A stretch of DNA of 64,000 bases from an uncultured Pelagibacteraceae bacterium. Its GTDB lineage: Bacteria; Pseudomonadota; Alphaproteobacteria; Pelagibacterales; Pelagibacteraceae. Position numbers and translations under genes: made by a program. Position 1 is the first letter of the stretch. The number at the start of each line of letters is the position of its first letter. Shown one piece after another: positions 51,111-62,102 of this stretch. Location: the NCBI GenBank assembly GCA_902629285.1, contig CACOQN010000007.1:8180-72179 (forward strand). The letters are read 5' to 3'. The notes beneath the pieces were generated by a model, which was given only the letters and a program-made list of their open reading frames with translations, made no database searches and was not told the origin of the DNA.

Positions 51111-51544
51111 TGAAAAATATCTTATTCGTTTGTACAGGTAACTCAGCTAGAAGCATAATAGCTGAAAGTATTATAAACAACAAATATTCAAATAAATTTA
51201 AAGCTTATAGTGCTGGAAGCAATCCAACAAGAAAAATTAATGAAAATATCAAATTATATCTTACTAAAATAAAAAATTTTAATCTTGAAAACTGTTCTTC
51301 AAAAAATTTTGATATATTTTTAAATAAGAAATTTAATATAGATCATGTAATAACAGTGTGTAATAACGCAAATAAAGAAATTTGCCCTGTATGGCCAAAT
51401 AATAACCAAATTATTCATTGGGATGTTGAAGATCCTGTATCAAAATTTAAAAATTCAAATGAAAAACAGATAAACAAAATTATTAGTGAGACTTACGATA
51501 TAATAAGTAAAAAAATAGAAATTTTGTTAGAAAATGAAAATTAA
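51110..51544 (+). CDS. arsC: Thioredoxin-type arsenate reductase (LMW-PTP fold)
   Basis: CTGNSARS P-loop; TVC...CP redox Cys pair; HWDVEDP. Confidence 0.88.
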   Translation: MKNILFVCTGNSARSIIAESIINNKYSNKFKAYSAGSNPTRKINENIKLYLTKIKNFNLENCSSKNFDIFLNKKFNIDHVITVCNNANKEICPVWPNNNQIIHWDVEDPVSKFKNSNEKQINKIISETYDIISKKIEILLENEN

Positions 51545-52184
51545 AAAAAACATAGTTATTGGCGAATTTTTAGGAAGTTGCTTTCTTGTAATGATCATCG
51601 TTGGTTCTGGTATAATGGCAGAAAATCTAACAAATGATGATGGTATTAAACTTTTAGCCAATACAATTGCTACTGGAGCTGGATTATTTGTTTTAATTAC
51701 AGCCTTTGCTGATATTTCAGGAGCTCATTTTAATCCTTTTGTAAGTTTAGCGATGTTTTTTAGAAAAAAAATCAAAAGTGATCTTTTAAAATATTATATT
51801 CCTGCACAAATATCTGGTTGTTTATTTGGAGTAATGTTAGCTAATATTTTTTTTGAACACGCTATTTTAGAGTTATCAACTAAAAATAGAGATGGATTGC
51901 ATATATTTTTTTCAGAAATTATTGCTACCTTTGGTCTGATATTTGTTATTTTTGCAACTTTAAAGGATGGAAAAACAATAGTAGCGATTAGCGTAGCAAC
52001 ATATATTTCTGCAGGTTATTGGTTTACTTCTTCAACATCTTTTGCAAATCCAGCTGTATCTATAGCTAGAACATTTACTGATTCTTTTACTGGAATAAAT
52101 TATCTTAATACACCAACATATATTTTAGCTGAATTTATTGGATTAATTTTAGCAGCGTATATTCTTAAAATTATCTATAAATAA
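51534..52184 (+). CDS. MIP/aquaporin channel, AqpS-like arsenite channel
   Basis: SGAHFNPF, YWFTSSTSFANPA; overlaps arsC stop. Confidence 0.9.
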   Translation: MKIKKNIVIGEFLGSCFLVMIIVGSGIMAENLTNDDGIKLLANTIATGAGLFVLITAFADISGAHFNPFVSLAMFFRKKIKSDLLKYYIPAQISGCLFGVMLANIFFEHAILELSTKNRDGLHIFFSEIIATFGLIFVIFATLKDGKTIVAISVATYISAGYWFTSSTSFANPAVSIARTFTDSFTGINYLNTPTYILAEFIGLILAAYILKIIYK

Positions 52185-52443
52185 CACAACTTATATATGT
52201 AAATTATATTTAAATTTTATTTACATAATTTACAAATATTATATTAAGGGCGAATCCACATAAGGTTTCTCAAAATAAAATAATTCACTTATAGACTTCT
52301 CTTTAGCTTAGACTAAAGATGGATGAATCTTTTCTTTGATTCTCAAATAAATAAATTTAATCGTAGAATTTTTTACCTTTAACGAATATTTACTTTCTCA
52401 AGTCATGAGACGGAACCGAAAACAATAATATATAGGAGAAAAA

Positions 52444-53409
52444 ATGGATATGACTTTAGTATACACAGGTATAGGGTTTGCCCTAGCTGGATATAGCGTA
52501 ATCGCTAATGACTCAATTCAAACACTTGGTACCTTTATAGCCTCAAAAAAGAAGTGGTTTAAATGGTACATACTAGCTGGATCAGCATCTGCTGTTATGA
52601 TTTTTGCGTTAGCTTGGGGATGGTATGCGTATGATGGTGATATTTCTTATGGAAGATTAACTAGAATACCTTATCAAGAGATTCAATGGTATCATGCAGT
52701 AGCACCTGCGATACTGTTATTATTAACAAGAATTGGAATACCGGTATCAACAACCTTTTTAGTTCTTTCAGCATTTGCTTCAACAGTTGTGTTAGAAAAA
52801 ATGTTGTTAAAAAGCGTTGTAGGTTATGGATTAGCAGCAATGGTTGCTTATATAGCCTGGATAGCAGTATCAAAGTTCATTAATGAAAAATTTGATGAAG
52901 TAGACGATAAATGGAGAGGATTTTGGAGAAACTCTGTTTGGATTTCATCAGGTTGGTTATGGTGGGTTTGGTTATCTCACGATGTAGCTAACATTGCAGT
53001 ATATCTGCCTAGGCAATTAGATTTATCATTACTTTTAATTGTAATGGCTTATTTTACTTCTTTGTTATTTTACATTTTCTACATTCAAGGTGGACCAATT
53101 CAAAAAGTTGTTCTTGAAAAAACAGGAACAAGATATGCAAGATCAGCTACAATTATTAATGTGATTTATGCTGGTGTTTTATTCTACTTTAAAGAGCTTA
53201 ATGATTTGCCAATGTCAACAACATGGGTGTTCGTTGGGTTATTGTGTGGTAGAGAACTTGCAATATCAACTATGAATAAAGACTATAAATTTAAGTATGT
53301 CTTCCCATTAATTGGTAAAGACTTTCTTAAAATGATTTTTGGATTAAGTGTTTCAGTAGGTATCGTTTTAGCGATCCACTACATAATAATTCCAAATAAT
53401 TGGTTTTAA
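52444..53409 (+). CDS. Divergent PiT/PHO4-fold inorganic anion transporter-like protein
   Basis: Two repeats: ANDSIQ...GIPVSTTF and SHDVAN...LPMSTTW; SD AGGAG. Confidence 0.65.
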   Translation: MDMTLVYTGIGFALAGYSVIANDSIQTLGTFIASKKKWFKWYILAGSASAVMIFALAWGWYAYDGDISYGRLTRIPYQEIQWYHAVAPAILLLLTRIGIPVSTTFLVLSAFASTVVLEKMLLKSVVGYGLAAMVAYIAWIAVSKFINEKFDEVDDKWRGFWRNSVWISSGWLWWVWLSHDVANIAVYLPRQLDLSLLLIVMAYFTSLLFYIFYIQGGPIQKVVLEKTGTRYARSATIINVIYAGVLFYFKELNDLPMSTTWVFVGLLCGRELAISTMNKDYKFKYVFPLIGKDFLKMIFGLSVSVGIVLAIHYIIIPNNWF

Positions 53410-53433
53410 ATAAATCTTTATGGTCGTGTTATA

Positions 53434-54639
53434 TTATTTAACACGGCCATATACATCTTGATATCTAACAATATCACTTTCTTTCAAAATTGAGCCAATT
53501 TGAGCTTCGACAATTTTTACAGGTTTTTTTCCTGAGTTTTGAACCCTATGGATTGCCTCTAACGGAATGAATATATGTTCACCTGGTTTTTTAACAATTA
53601 TATCTTTATTAAGAGTTATTTTAGCATTGCCTTGTGTAACTAACCAATGTTCTGCTCGGTGATGGTGTTTTTGTAAACTTAAGATGCCTTTTGGTTTTAC
53701 GTATAGTTCTTTTATTAAAAACTCTTTTCCTTCAAAAAGATTGGTGTATCTGCCCCATGGACGGTAATAGACATTTTTTTTCTTAATATATTTGTTTTTA
53801 TTTTTGTCATACATCTTCAAAATTTCTTTCCAACTACCAAGATCTGACCAAGGAATATCAAGTTTGATAGCGTTAATTTGTTTGGTTTTTTCTAGAATTG
53901 CATAATCGAACGATTTAGCAGTCGCTTTTATAAATGAAGCTTTATTTAAGTAATATGTATTAAATTTGTATTTTGCTTTATTAACTGCATTTAAACAATT
54001 TCTATAAGTTTTGGGCTGATATTTTTTAAAGTTATTAATAATTGAATCTTTTCGAAGATAAAACATTCCAGAATTCCAATAGCCTTTATTCTTTATAATT
54101 TGTTTTGCTTTTGCTTCTTTTGGTTTTTCAATAAATCTTGTTACTTTATTGATATTACCTTTGATTTTTTTTGTTAAAAAATAACCATATTCACTAGATG
54201 GTGAAGTTGGTTTTATCCCAAATATAAATATATTTTCTTCATTAAGATTTGATTTATTTTTATTTATTGCCTTATTAAAAATACTCATTTTTTCAATCAA
54301 ATGGTCTGCTGTAAAAAACATTAAAGGTTGATTGTCGGGTATATCTTTAATTAAAGCCGTGCTTAATATAGCTGGTGCAGTATTTCTTTTTGCTGGTTCT
54401 AGAACAATTTTATATTTACTTATTTTAAGTTTTTTAAGATGCTGTTTTACTTGTTTAAGATATTTTTTGTTTGTACTTATAACTGGAGCGTCAAATATTG
54501 ATGCTTTTGTTCTCTCAAGTGTTTTTCCAAGTAAAGTCCAATTACCAAAATCAATGAACTGTTTAGCTTGATGATTTTTAGAATTTGGCCAAAGTCGAGT
54601 TCCAGCACCTCCACATAAAATAACTGGACGAATTTTCAT
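53434..54639 (-). CDS. manC: Mannose-1-phosphate guanylyltransferase / mannose-6-phosphate isomerase
   Basis: GGAGTRLWP, WNSGMF, WSDLGSW, RPWG, SLQKHHHRAEHW cupin. Confidence 0.92.
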   Translation of the reverse strand: MKIRPVILCGGAGTRLWPNSKNHQAKQFIDFGNWTLLGKTLERTKASIFDAPVISTNKKYLKQVKQHLKKLKISKYKIVLEPAKRNTAPAILSTALIKDIPDNQPLMFFTADHLIEKMSIFNKAINKNKSNLNEENIFIFGIKPTSPSSEYGYFLTKKIKGNINKVTRFIEKPKEAKAKQIIKNKGYWNSGMFYLRKDSIINNFKKYQPKTYRNCLNAVNKAKYKFNTYYLNKASFIKATAKSFDYAILEKTKQINAIKLDIPWSDLGSWKEILKMYDKNKNKYIKKKNVYYRPWGRYTNLFEGKEFLIKELYVKPKGILSLQKHHHRAEHWLVTQGNAKITLNKDIIVKKPGEHIFIPLEAIHRVQNSGKKPVKIVEAQIGSILKESDIVRYQDVYGRVK

Positions 54640-56357
54640 TAAATCTCTGAATAATCCTTAACTTCTTTTTTCTTACCAGGATGTGTTGGTGCACCTAAAT
54701 ATGCGGGTCCGACTGTTTGTGCATATTTCCATAAAGTACCAGATCCAAAATCTGATTTTCTAGCTTTCCATTTTCTTTTTCTTGTAGCCATTTCTTTTTT
54801 AGAGAGCCTTACATTGATTGTTCCTTTTTCGGCATCAATATCAATGATATCTCCTGTACGTAAAAGGCCTATAGGACCCCCTAGAGCGGCCTCAGGGCCC
54901 ACGTGACCGACACAAAAGCCTCTTGTAGCCCCAGAGAACCTACCATCAGTAATAAGAGCTACTTTCTCTCCTTTGCCTTGTCCATAGATTGCACCTGTTG
55001 TCGATAACATTTCTCTCATACCTGGACCTCCAACAGGTCCTTCATATCTAATTATTATTACATCACCATCATTATACTTTCTGCTTTGAACTGCTTTCAT
55101 TGCACTTTCCTCATTATCAAAGCATCTTGCTTTTCCAGTAAATTGTAATTTTTTAAGTCCAGCAACTTTTACAATTGCACCTTCAGGAGCTAAGTTCCCT
55201 TTTAACCCAACAACACCTCCTGTTGGTGATAATGGATTTTTATAAGATCTCATTACTTTTTGTTTTGGATTAAATTTAATACTTTTTAAATTTTCCTTCA
55301 TAGTTTTTCCAGTTACAGTCATGCAATCACCATGAATATATCCACCTTCATATAAAGTTTTTAATAACATTGGAACACCGCCTGCTAACCACATATCTTT
55401 TGCAACGTATTTTCCGCCTGGTTTTAAATCTGCAAGGTATGGTGTTTTTTTAAAAATTTTAGCAACATCCATTAAATCAAATTTAATTCCTGCTTCATTT
55501 GCAATAGCAGGTAAATGTAAACCTGCGTTAGTAGATCCTCCAGTTGCAGCCACAATTGTTGCAGCATTTTCTAAAGCTTTTCTTGTAACAATATCTCTTG
55601 GCTTAATTCCTTTTTTCAAAAGGTTCATAACCATTTTACCACTAGCTTTGGCGTATTTATCTCTTTCTTCATATGGAGCTGGTGTTCCAGCAGAATAAGG
55701 TAATGCTAATCCAATTGCTTCTGAAACACATGCCATTGTATTTGCAGTAAATTGTCCACCACAAGCACCTGCACTTGGACATGCAACTAATTCTAATTTT
55801 CTAAGTTCTGCAGCAGACATTTGACCAGATGAATGTTTTCCAACTGCTTCAAATACATCTACTACTGTTACGTCTTTACCTTTGTATCTACCTGGAAGAA
55901 TTGATCCACCATATATAAATACACTAGGTACATTTAATCTAACCATAGACATCATTAGACCTGGTAAGGATTTATCACATCCAGCAATACCTACTAAAGC
56001 ATCATAACAATGGCCTCTAACAGTAAGTTCAGCTGAGTCTGCTATCACTTCTCTAGATATCAATGAGGACTTCATTCCTTCATGACCCATAGCAATACCA
56101 TCTGTTACAGTAATGGTACAAAATTCTCTTGGAGTTCCACCATTAGTTCTAACTCCTTTTTTAACCGATTGTGCCTGTCTCATTAAAGCAATATTGCATG
56201 GTGCTGCCTCATTCCACGTAGAAACCACACCAACAAAGGGTTTTGCTACATCTTTCTCAGTTTCTCCCATGGCATAATAAAACGATCTATGTGGAGCTCT
56301 ATCTGCTCCTAGCGATGTATGTCTACTTGGAAGTTTCTTTTTATTAAATTTAGACAT
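54639..56357 (-). CDS. ilvD: Dihydroxy-acid dehydratase
   Basis: [27 protein letters not shown]. Confidence 0.97.
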   Translation of the reverse strand: MSKFNKKKLPSRHTSLGADRAPHRSFYYAMGETEKDVAKPFVGVVSTWNEAAPCNIALMRQAQSVKKGVRTNGGTPREFCTITVTDGIAMGHEGMKSSLISREVIADSAELTVRGHCYDALVGIAGCDKSLPGLMMSMVRLNVPSVFIYGGSILPGRYKGKDVTVVDVFEAVGKHSSGQMSAAELRKLELVACPSAGACGGQFTANTMACVSEAIGLALPYSAGTPAPYEERDKYAKASGKMVMNLLKKGIKPRDIVTRKALENAATIVAATGGSTNAGLHLPAIANEAGIKFDLMDVAKIFKKTPYLADLKPGGKYVAKDMWLAGGVPMLLKTLYEGGYIHGDCMTVTGKTMKENLKSIKFNPKQKVMRSYKNPLSPTGGVVGLKGNLAPEGAIVKVAGLKKLQFTGKARCFDNEESAMKAVQSRKYNDGDVIIIRYEGPVGGPGMREMLSTTGAIYGQGKGEKVALITDGRFSGATRGFCVGHVGPEAALGGPIGLLRTGDIIDIDAEKGTINVRLSKKEMATRKRKWKARKSDFGSGTLWKYAQTVGPAYLGAPTHPGKKKEVKDYSEI

Positions 56358-58984
56358 TATATACCCTTTATTGTTAATGATATTTTCTCAATATCATTCT
56401 TTAGATTATTATAATTATTTTTTTCTTGTTCAACAATCTCTTTTGGAGCACGATCTACGAAACTTTTATTATTTAATCTTTGAGATATTTTATTCATCTC
56501 TTGCTCTAATCTACTTTGTTTATTGGTTAAATTTTCTTTTATCAATTTTAAATCAACATCTTTATCAAAATAAACCTTAAACAAATCACCAGAAACAACC
56601 ATTGTAGCAGCTGGTTTATCTAAATCTTTGTCTAGTATCGTATTTATTCTGCCAAGTTTCTTAAGAATAATTTCATTTGTATTAATAAAATCTTTTTGAT
56701 TTGTATTAATATTACTTATTGATACATCAATAAATGAGCCTGGACTTACATTTAGCTCATTTTTAAATGATCTAATTTCTGAAATAATATTAATGATATT
56801 TTCAACTTGTTCGGTACTACTATCCTTATTTATTTCACCAGATAGCCAGTTTTTTAACATTAAATAATCGCTACCATTATTATCAAATTTATTTTTGAGC
56901 CAAATTTCCTCTGTTACAAAAGGAATAAAAGGATGCAGTAAAATCAAAATTTGTTTGAATACAAAAGATGATACCTTCTTAACCTCCGTTTTAGCTTTTT
57001 CATCATCTGAAAAGAGTATAGTTTTAGATAGCTCTAAATACCAATCACAATAAGAATGCCACGCAAATTGATAAGCATTTTTAGCTGCTTCATCAAATCT
57101 ATAATCCTCTAAGTTTTGTTCTATTTTATTTTTTGTTTCAACAAGTTCCGAATAAATCCATTTGTTAATATTTACATTTAAACTTGGAACCTTATCTATA
57201 TCTTTAAAATCGCATTCATTGGTGATTAAAAAATTATTTGCATTCCATAATTTATTTAAAAAATTTCTATAACCTTTTACTCTATCCTCAGAAAGCTTAA
57301 CGTCTGTACCAGGTGATGCCATTGATAACAAAGTAAATCTAAGTGCATCTGCACTATATTTTTCAATTAAATCCAAAGGATCAATTACGTTGCCTTTCGA
57401 TTTAGACATCTTTTGTCCCTTCTCATCTCTAACTAATGCATGAACATAAATATCTTTAAAAGGTTCTTTGTTTAAAAACTCTGTACCAAACATAATCATT
57501 CTAGCCACCCAAAAAAATATAATATCAAAACCTGTAACTAATACTGATGTTGGGTAAAATTTATCTACATATTTATTATCATCAGGCCAACCAAGTGTTG
57601 CGAAAGGCCATAAGCCAGATGAGAACCAAGTATCTAAAACATCTGGATCACGATTTAAAACAACTTCTTTTCCATAATGTTTATTAGCTTGTTGTTTTGC
57701 ATTACTTTCATTTTCTGCAACAAAAATTTTTTTATCAGGACCATACCAAGCTGGAATTTGATGTCCCCACCAAAGCTGTCTTGATATACACCATGGCTCA
57801 ATATTATCCATCCATTGAAAATAGGTTTTTGACCAATTCGCAGGAAAGAAGTTTGTTTTTTTTGAATTAACAACTTCTTTAGCTTTGATTGATAGTTTGC
57901 CAGCATCAGCAAACCATTGTTCTGTTAGAAAAGGTTCAATAATTGAATTTGATCTATCTCCATAAGGAACTTTATTTTTAATATTTTCTTCTTTAACAAA
58001 AAATTCTTTTTCTTTTAGTTCTTTTAAAATTCTTTTTCTTGCTTCAAACCTATCAAGACCTACATAATTCTTTGGAGCATTTTTATTTATTTTACCGGCT
58101 TCGGTAAAAATATTAATTATTTCAAGATTGTTTCTTTGACCAACATCATAGTCATTAAAATCATGCGCTGGTGTAATTTTTAATGCACCTGTTCCTTGCT
58201 CAGGATCAGCATAATCATCTTCAATGATTTTAATTTTTCTTTCAACAATAGGAATGGTTGCTGTTTTTCCAACAAAGGATTTAAATCTCTCGTCTTTTGG
58301 ATTAACAGCTATAGCTGTATCACCGAGCATTGTTTCAGGCCTAGTTGTAGCAATTGTAATGAATTCTTCAGTCCCTTCTATTGGGTATCTAATGTAATAA
58401 ATTTTAGAATTCACTTCTCTTTGATCTACTTCTAAATCTGAAATAGCTGTTTTTAAAACTGTATCCCAATTAACTAATTTTTTATCTTTATAGATCAGTC
58501 CTTTTTTATAAAGGTCTACAAAAACCTTAATTACTGATTTAGATAAATTCTCATCCATAGTGAAGGCATTTCTTGACCAATCACAAGAGCAACCAAGTTT
58601 TTTTAATTGGTTAATTATGATGTCTCCATATTGCTCTTTCCACTCCCAAACTTTTTCAATAAATTTTTCTCTACCTATTACATTTTTATCAATTTTTTCA
58701 GAACTTAATTTTTTTTCTACTAAGGCCTGAGTAGCTATACCAGCATGATCTGTACCTGGTTGCCATAAAGTTTCAAAATTATTCATTCTATGATATCTAA
58801 CTAACAAATCTTGGATAGAATTATTAAGTGCATGTCCCATATGTAAACTACCTGTTACATTTGGTGGTGGAATTACTATTGAGAATTTTTTTGAATTTTC
58901 CTTAGGTTTAAAAAGACCATTTTTTTCCCAATAAGAATAAATTCTATTTTCAACATCAGAATGTATATATTTATCACTACTCAT
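56357..58984 (-). CDS. valS: Valine--tRNA ligase
   Basis: [26 protein letters not shown]. Confidence 0.98.
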   Translation of the reverse strand: MSSDKYIHSDVENRIYSYWEKNGLFKPKENSKKFSIVIPPPNVTGSLHMGHALNNSIQDLLVRYHRMNNFETLWQPGTDHAGIATQALVEKKLSSEKIDKNVIGREKFIEKVWEWKEQYGDIIINQLKKLGCSCDWSRNAFTMDENLSKSVIKVFVDLYKKGLIYKDKKLVNWDTVLKTAISDLEVDQREVNSKIYYIRYPIEGTEEFITIATTRPETMLGDTAIAVNPKDERFKSFVGKTATIPIVERKIKIIEDDYADPEQGTGALKITPAHDFNDYDVGQRNNLEIINIFTEAGKINKNAPKNYVGLDRFEARKRILKELKEKEFFVKEENIKNKVPYGDRSNSIIEPFLTEQWFADAGKLSIKAKEVVNSKKTNFFPANWSKTYFQWMDNIEPWCISRQLWWGHQIPAWYGPDKKIFVAENESNAKQQANKHYGKEVVLNRDPDVLDTWFSSGLWPFATLGWPDDNKYVDKFYPTSVLVTGFDIIFFWVARMIMFGTEFLNKEPFKDIYVHALVRDEKGQKMSKSKGNVIDPLDLIEKYSADALRFTLLSMASPGTDVKLSEDRVKGYRNFLNKLWNANNFLITNECDFKDIDKVPSLNVNINKWIYSELVETKNKIEQNLEDYRFDEAAKNAYQFAWHSYCDWYLELSKTILFSDDEKAKTEVKKVSSFVFKQILILLHPFIPFVTEEIWLKNKFDNNGSDYLMLKNWLSGEINKDSSTEQVENIINIISEIRSFKNELNVSPGSFIDVSISNINTNQKDFINTNEIILKKLGRINTILDKDLDKPAATMVVSGDLFKVYFDKDVDLKLIKENLTNKQSRLEQEMNKISQRLNNKSFVDRAPKEIVEQEKNNYNNLKNDIEKISLTIKGI

Positions 58985-59108
58985 TGACGTTAAAGTTTAT
59001 AATTTAATAATCATAATTAACAATAATCAATTTAGTTCGTTATTTAATAGACTAATAGAAAAAATTTAATATAAAAAGGCATCTGCAGCTAGAAGCTAAA
59101 AATAAGAT

Positions 59109-59182
59109 GGCAACGTGGCGGAATGGTTACGCAGAGGATTGCAAATCCTTGTATCCCGGTTCGATTCCGGGCGTTGCCTCCA
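59109..59182 (+). tRNA. tRNA-Cys (anticodon GCA)
   Basis: GGCAACG...TTGCAAA...CGTTGCCTCCA. Confidence 0.97.
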
Positions 59183-59232
59183 AAAAAAATCTTGTTTTAG
59201 TTTTAAAAAAAAGTAAGTTGAACTTTTTACAT

Positions 59233-59308
59233 TCCTCGGTAGCTCAGTTGGTAGAGCAGTTGACTGTTAATCAATTGGTCGCAGGTTCGAGTCCTGCCCG
59301 AGGAGCCA
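59233..59308 (+). tRNA. tRNA-Asn (anticodon GTT)
   Basis: TCCTCGGTAGCTCAG...CTGTTAA...CCGAGGAGCCA. Confidence 0.97.
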
Positions 59309-59360
59309 AAAATAATTACACAGCTTAAAAATTAAAATGGGGTCAGCTAAAGATTAATTT

Positions 59361-59732
59361 TTAAACTACTTTTGAAATACTTGATCCTGATAATTGTAAA
59401 GATTTACTAAATTTGATTTTTTGATCAGCATTAAGTTCTGAATATAATTTTACTAAAAAGTTATAATTTACATTCATATGACCTTCTTGTGATTTTTCTA
59501 AATTTACTAAATACTCTGAAAAATCCTCAAAAAAATAATTAATTGGCACTTTTAAATAATTTGCAAGTTGAAGTAATCTAATTGAACTTACACCGTTAGT
59601 ACCTTTTTCATATTTTTGAATTTGTTGAAATGTTACGTTTATAGCTTTTGCAACTTTGGTTTGAGTTAAACCTAAAGCTAATCTTCTTAGCTTAAGCTTG
59701 TTGCCTAAGTGTTTATTGAAATTATCTTCCAT
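59361..59732 (-). CDS. XRE-family HTH regulator, alphaproteobacterial PraR-like group
   Basis: VTFQQIQKYEKGTN signature. Confidence 0.92.
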   Translation of the reverse strand: MEDNFNKHLGNKLKLRRLALGLTQTKVAKAINVTFQQIQKYEKGTNGVSSIRLLQLANYLKVPINYFFEDFSEYLVNLEKSQEGHMNVNYNFLVKLYSELNADQKIKFSKSLQLSGSSISKVV

Positions 59733-59921
59733 TAAGACCCCTCTTAATTAAATTTTAAAATACTATTGAACAGATTAATTAATGTTACTGCAATAGAAAA
59801 ATTTATAAATTTTCTTAGAAACATGAGATAATTAAAAATACTGTCAAGCATTAGTTAGATGCAAAATAAAGATATTTAGGTTGTTTATATCAAATATTAT
59901 GCCTTAAAAATTATATATATT

Positions 59922-60656
<735 letters not shown>

Positions 60657-60659
60657 AAT

Positions 60660-62102
60660 TTATCGCTCTGTTTTATATTTCTGTTCTAGATTATAGCTAT
60701 ACTTACTCATTGCATAACAAATAATCCAGAAAATTATAGCAGCAAAAACATAGCCTTCCATTGCAAATCCCAACCATTTAGGATTAGTTTTTGCCAAATT
60801 CAACATTCCTACTATCTCAAGTAATCCAACAACAAATATCAAAGGTGTGTCTTTTACTAAAGCTAAAAAGGTATTTGCTATTCCAGGTATAACCAGTTTT
60901 AAGGCTTGAGGTAAAATTACAAATATATGCATTCGCCAATAACCCATACCTAGAGATTTTGCGGCTTCATATTGACCACGTGGTAATGCTTGTAATCCAC
61001 CTCTTATAACTTCAGCAACATAAGCAGCTTCAAATAAAGAAATGGCTATGATGCATCTCACTAATTTATCAATAAAAAAATCTGCTGGTAAAAACATTGG
61101 AAACATTACAGCAGACATAAATAGGACTGTAATTAATGGTACACCTCTCCAAAACTCAATAAACCCTATTGATATATATCGAATTAATGGAAAATCAGAT
61201 CTTCTACCTAATGCAAAAGCCATTCCTATAGGAAAGCAAAAAATAAGACAGAAAAATGAGATTATAAAAGTAAGAGACAAACCACCCCAAGCACCCGTTT
61301 CAACCCAATTAAGTCCATCAAGTTTACCTAATTCAATTAATTCTTCGTAAAAAATAAAATATTTTAGAACTATATAGAGAGTTATTGGAACAAATAAAAA
61401 ATAGTAAAATTTAAATTTACTTGGGATGAAAAAACCTATGATTATTGAGATTACAGCTGCAATAATACCATATGAGAAATCAAAAAATACTGGACCTCCA
61501 GAAATGAAGAAGAAAATAAATAAGAATGCTATAAATGGATAAATTACTACATAGTACAAAGTTAAATATTTTTTAAATTTTTCGGTAGCAAAATAACCAA
61601 CTGATCCTAAAAGAGTTAAAGCTAGAAAAGATAAATTAATTCTCCACTGTTCTGCATTTGGATACATTCCGTACATAAATCTTCTGAACCAGACCTTAAT
61701 ATAAGTCCAACAAGCTCCAGAACCAGAACAGACATCTTTACTATCTCCTGCAAAACTTGCATCCACTATAAACCAACTTAAAATAGGAGGAGTCACTTTG
61801 ATAATTATAAAAATTATAAGTAAAGATAAGATAGCATTAAAATTATTTGTATTAATATTCTTATTTACTTTATCTAAAAATTTATAACCACTATGCTCAA
61901 TTCTAATAAAGTATAAACCAATAAATCCAAATACAATTGGAATTATAAAACTCAATGATGAAGGTAAAAAACTAGTAATATTAAAACTAAAAAATGAATT
62001 AATAAAAACATCAATAACACTAATAAAAAATAAGAAAGACCCTGCAAATAAAAAGGTGTTTAAATTTTCTCTATCAGGTTTAAAAAGATTAATTTTTGAC
62101 AT
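60660..62102 (-). CDS. aapM: General L-amino acid ABC transporter permease
   Basis: GACW, WGGL.LT, FWRGVP, EVIRGG. Confidence 0.88.
   Translation of the reverse strand: MSKINLFKPDRENLNTFLFAGSFLFFISVIDVFINSFFSFNITSFLPSSLSFIIPIVFGFIGLYFIRIEHSGYKFLDKVNKNINTNNFNAILSLLIIFIIIKVTPPILSWFIVDASFAGDSKDVCSGSGACWTYIKVWFRRFMYGMYPNAEQWRINLSFLALTLLGSVGYFATEKFKKYLTLYYVVIYPFIAFLFIFFFISGGPVFFDFSYGIIAAVISIIIGFFIPSKFKFYYFLFVPITLYIVLKYFIFYEELIELGKLDGLNWVETGAWGGLSLTFIISFFCLIFCFPIGMAFALGRRSDFPLIRYISIGFIEFWRGVPLITVLFMSAVMFPMFLPADFFIDKLVRCIIAISLFEAAYVAEVIRGGLQALPRGQYEAAKSLGMGYWRMHIFVILPQALKLVIPGIANTFLALVKDTPLIFVVGLLEIVGMLNLAKTNPKWLGFAMEGYVFAAIIFWIICYAMSKYSYNLEQKYKTER

Noticed and set aside
59109-59308. tRNA-Cys/tRNA-Asn as occupied phage attachment sites
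   Set aside because: No integrase or duplicated tRNA fragment nearby; sites appear empty
59107-59328. 73-aa ORF in the track (likewise 24763-25011)
   Set aside because: Runs across tRNA genes; artefact
59744-59758. TTAA-N7-TTAA CtrA-like site upstream of the XRE gene
   Set aside because: Low information content and lacks the flanking C/G
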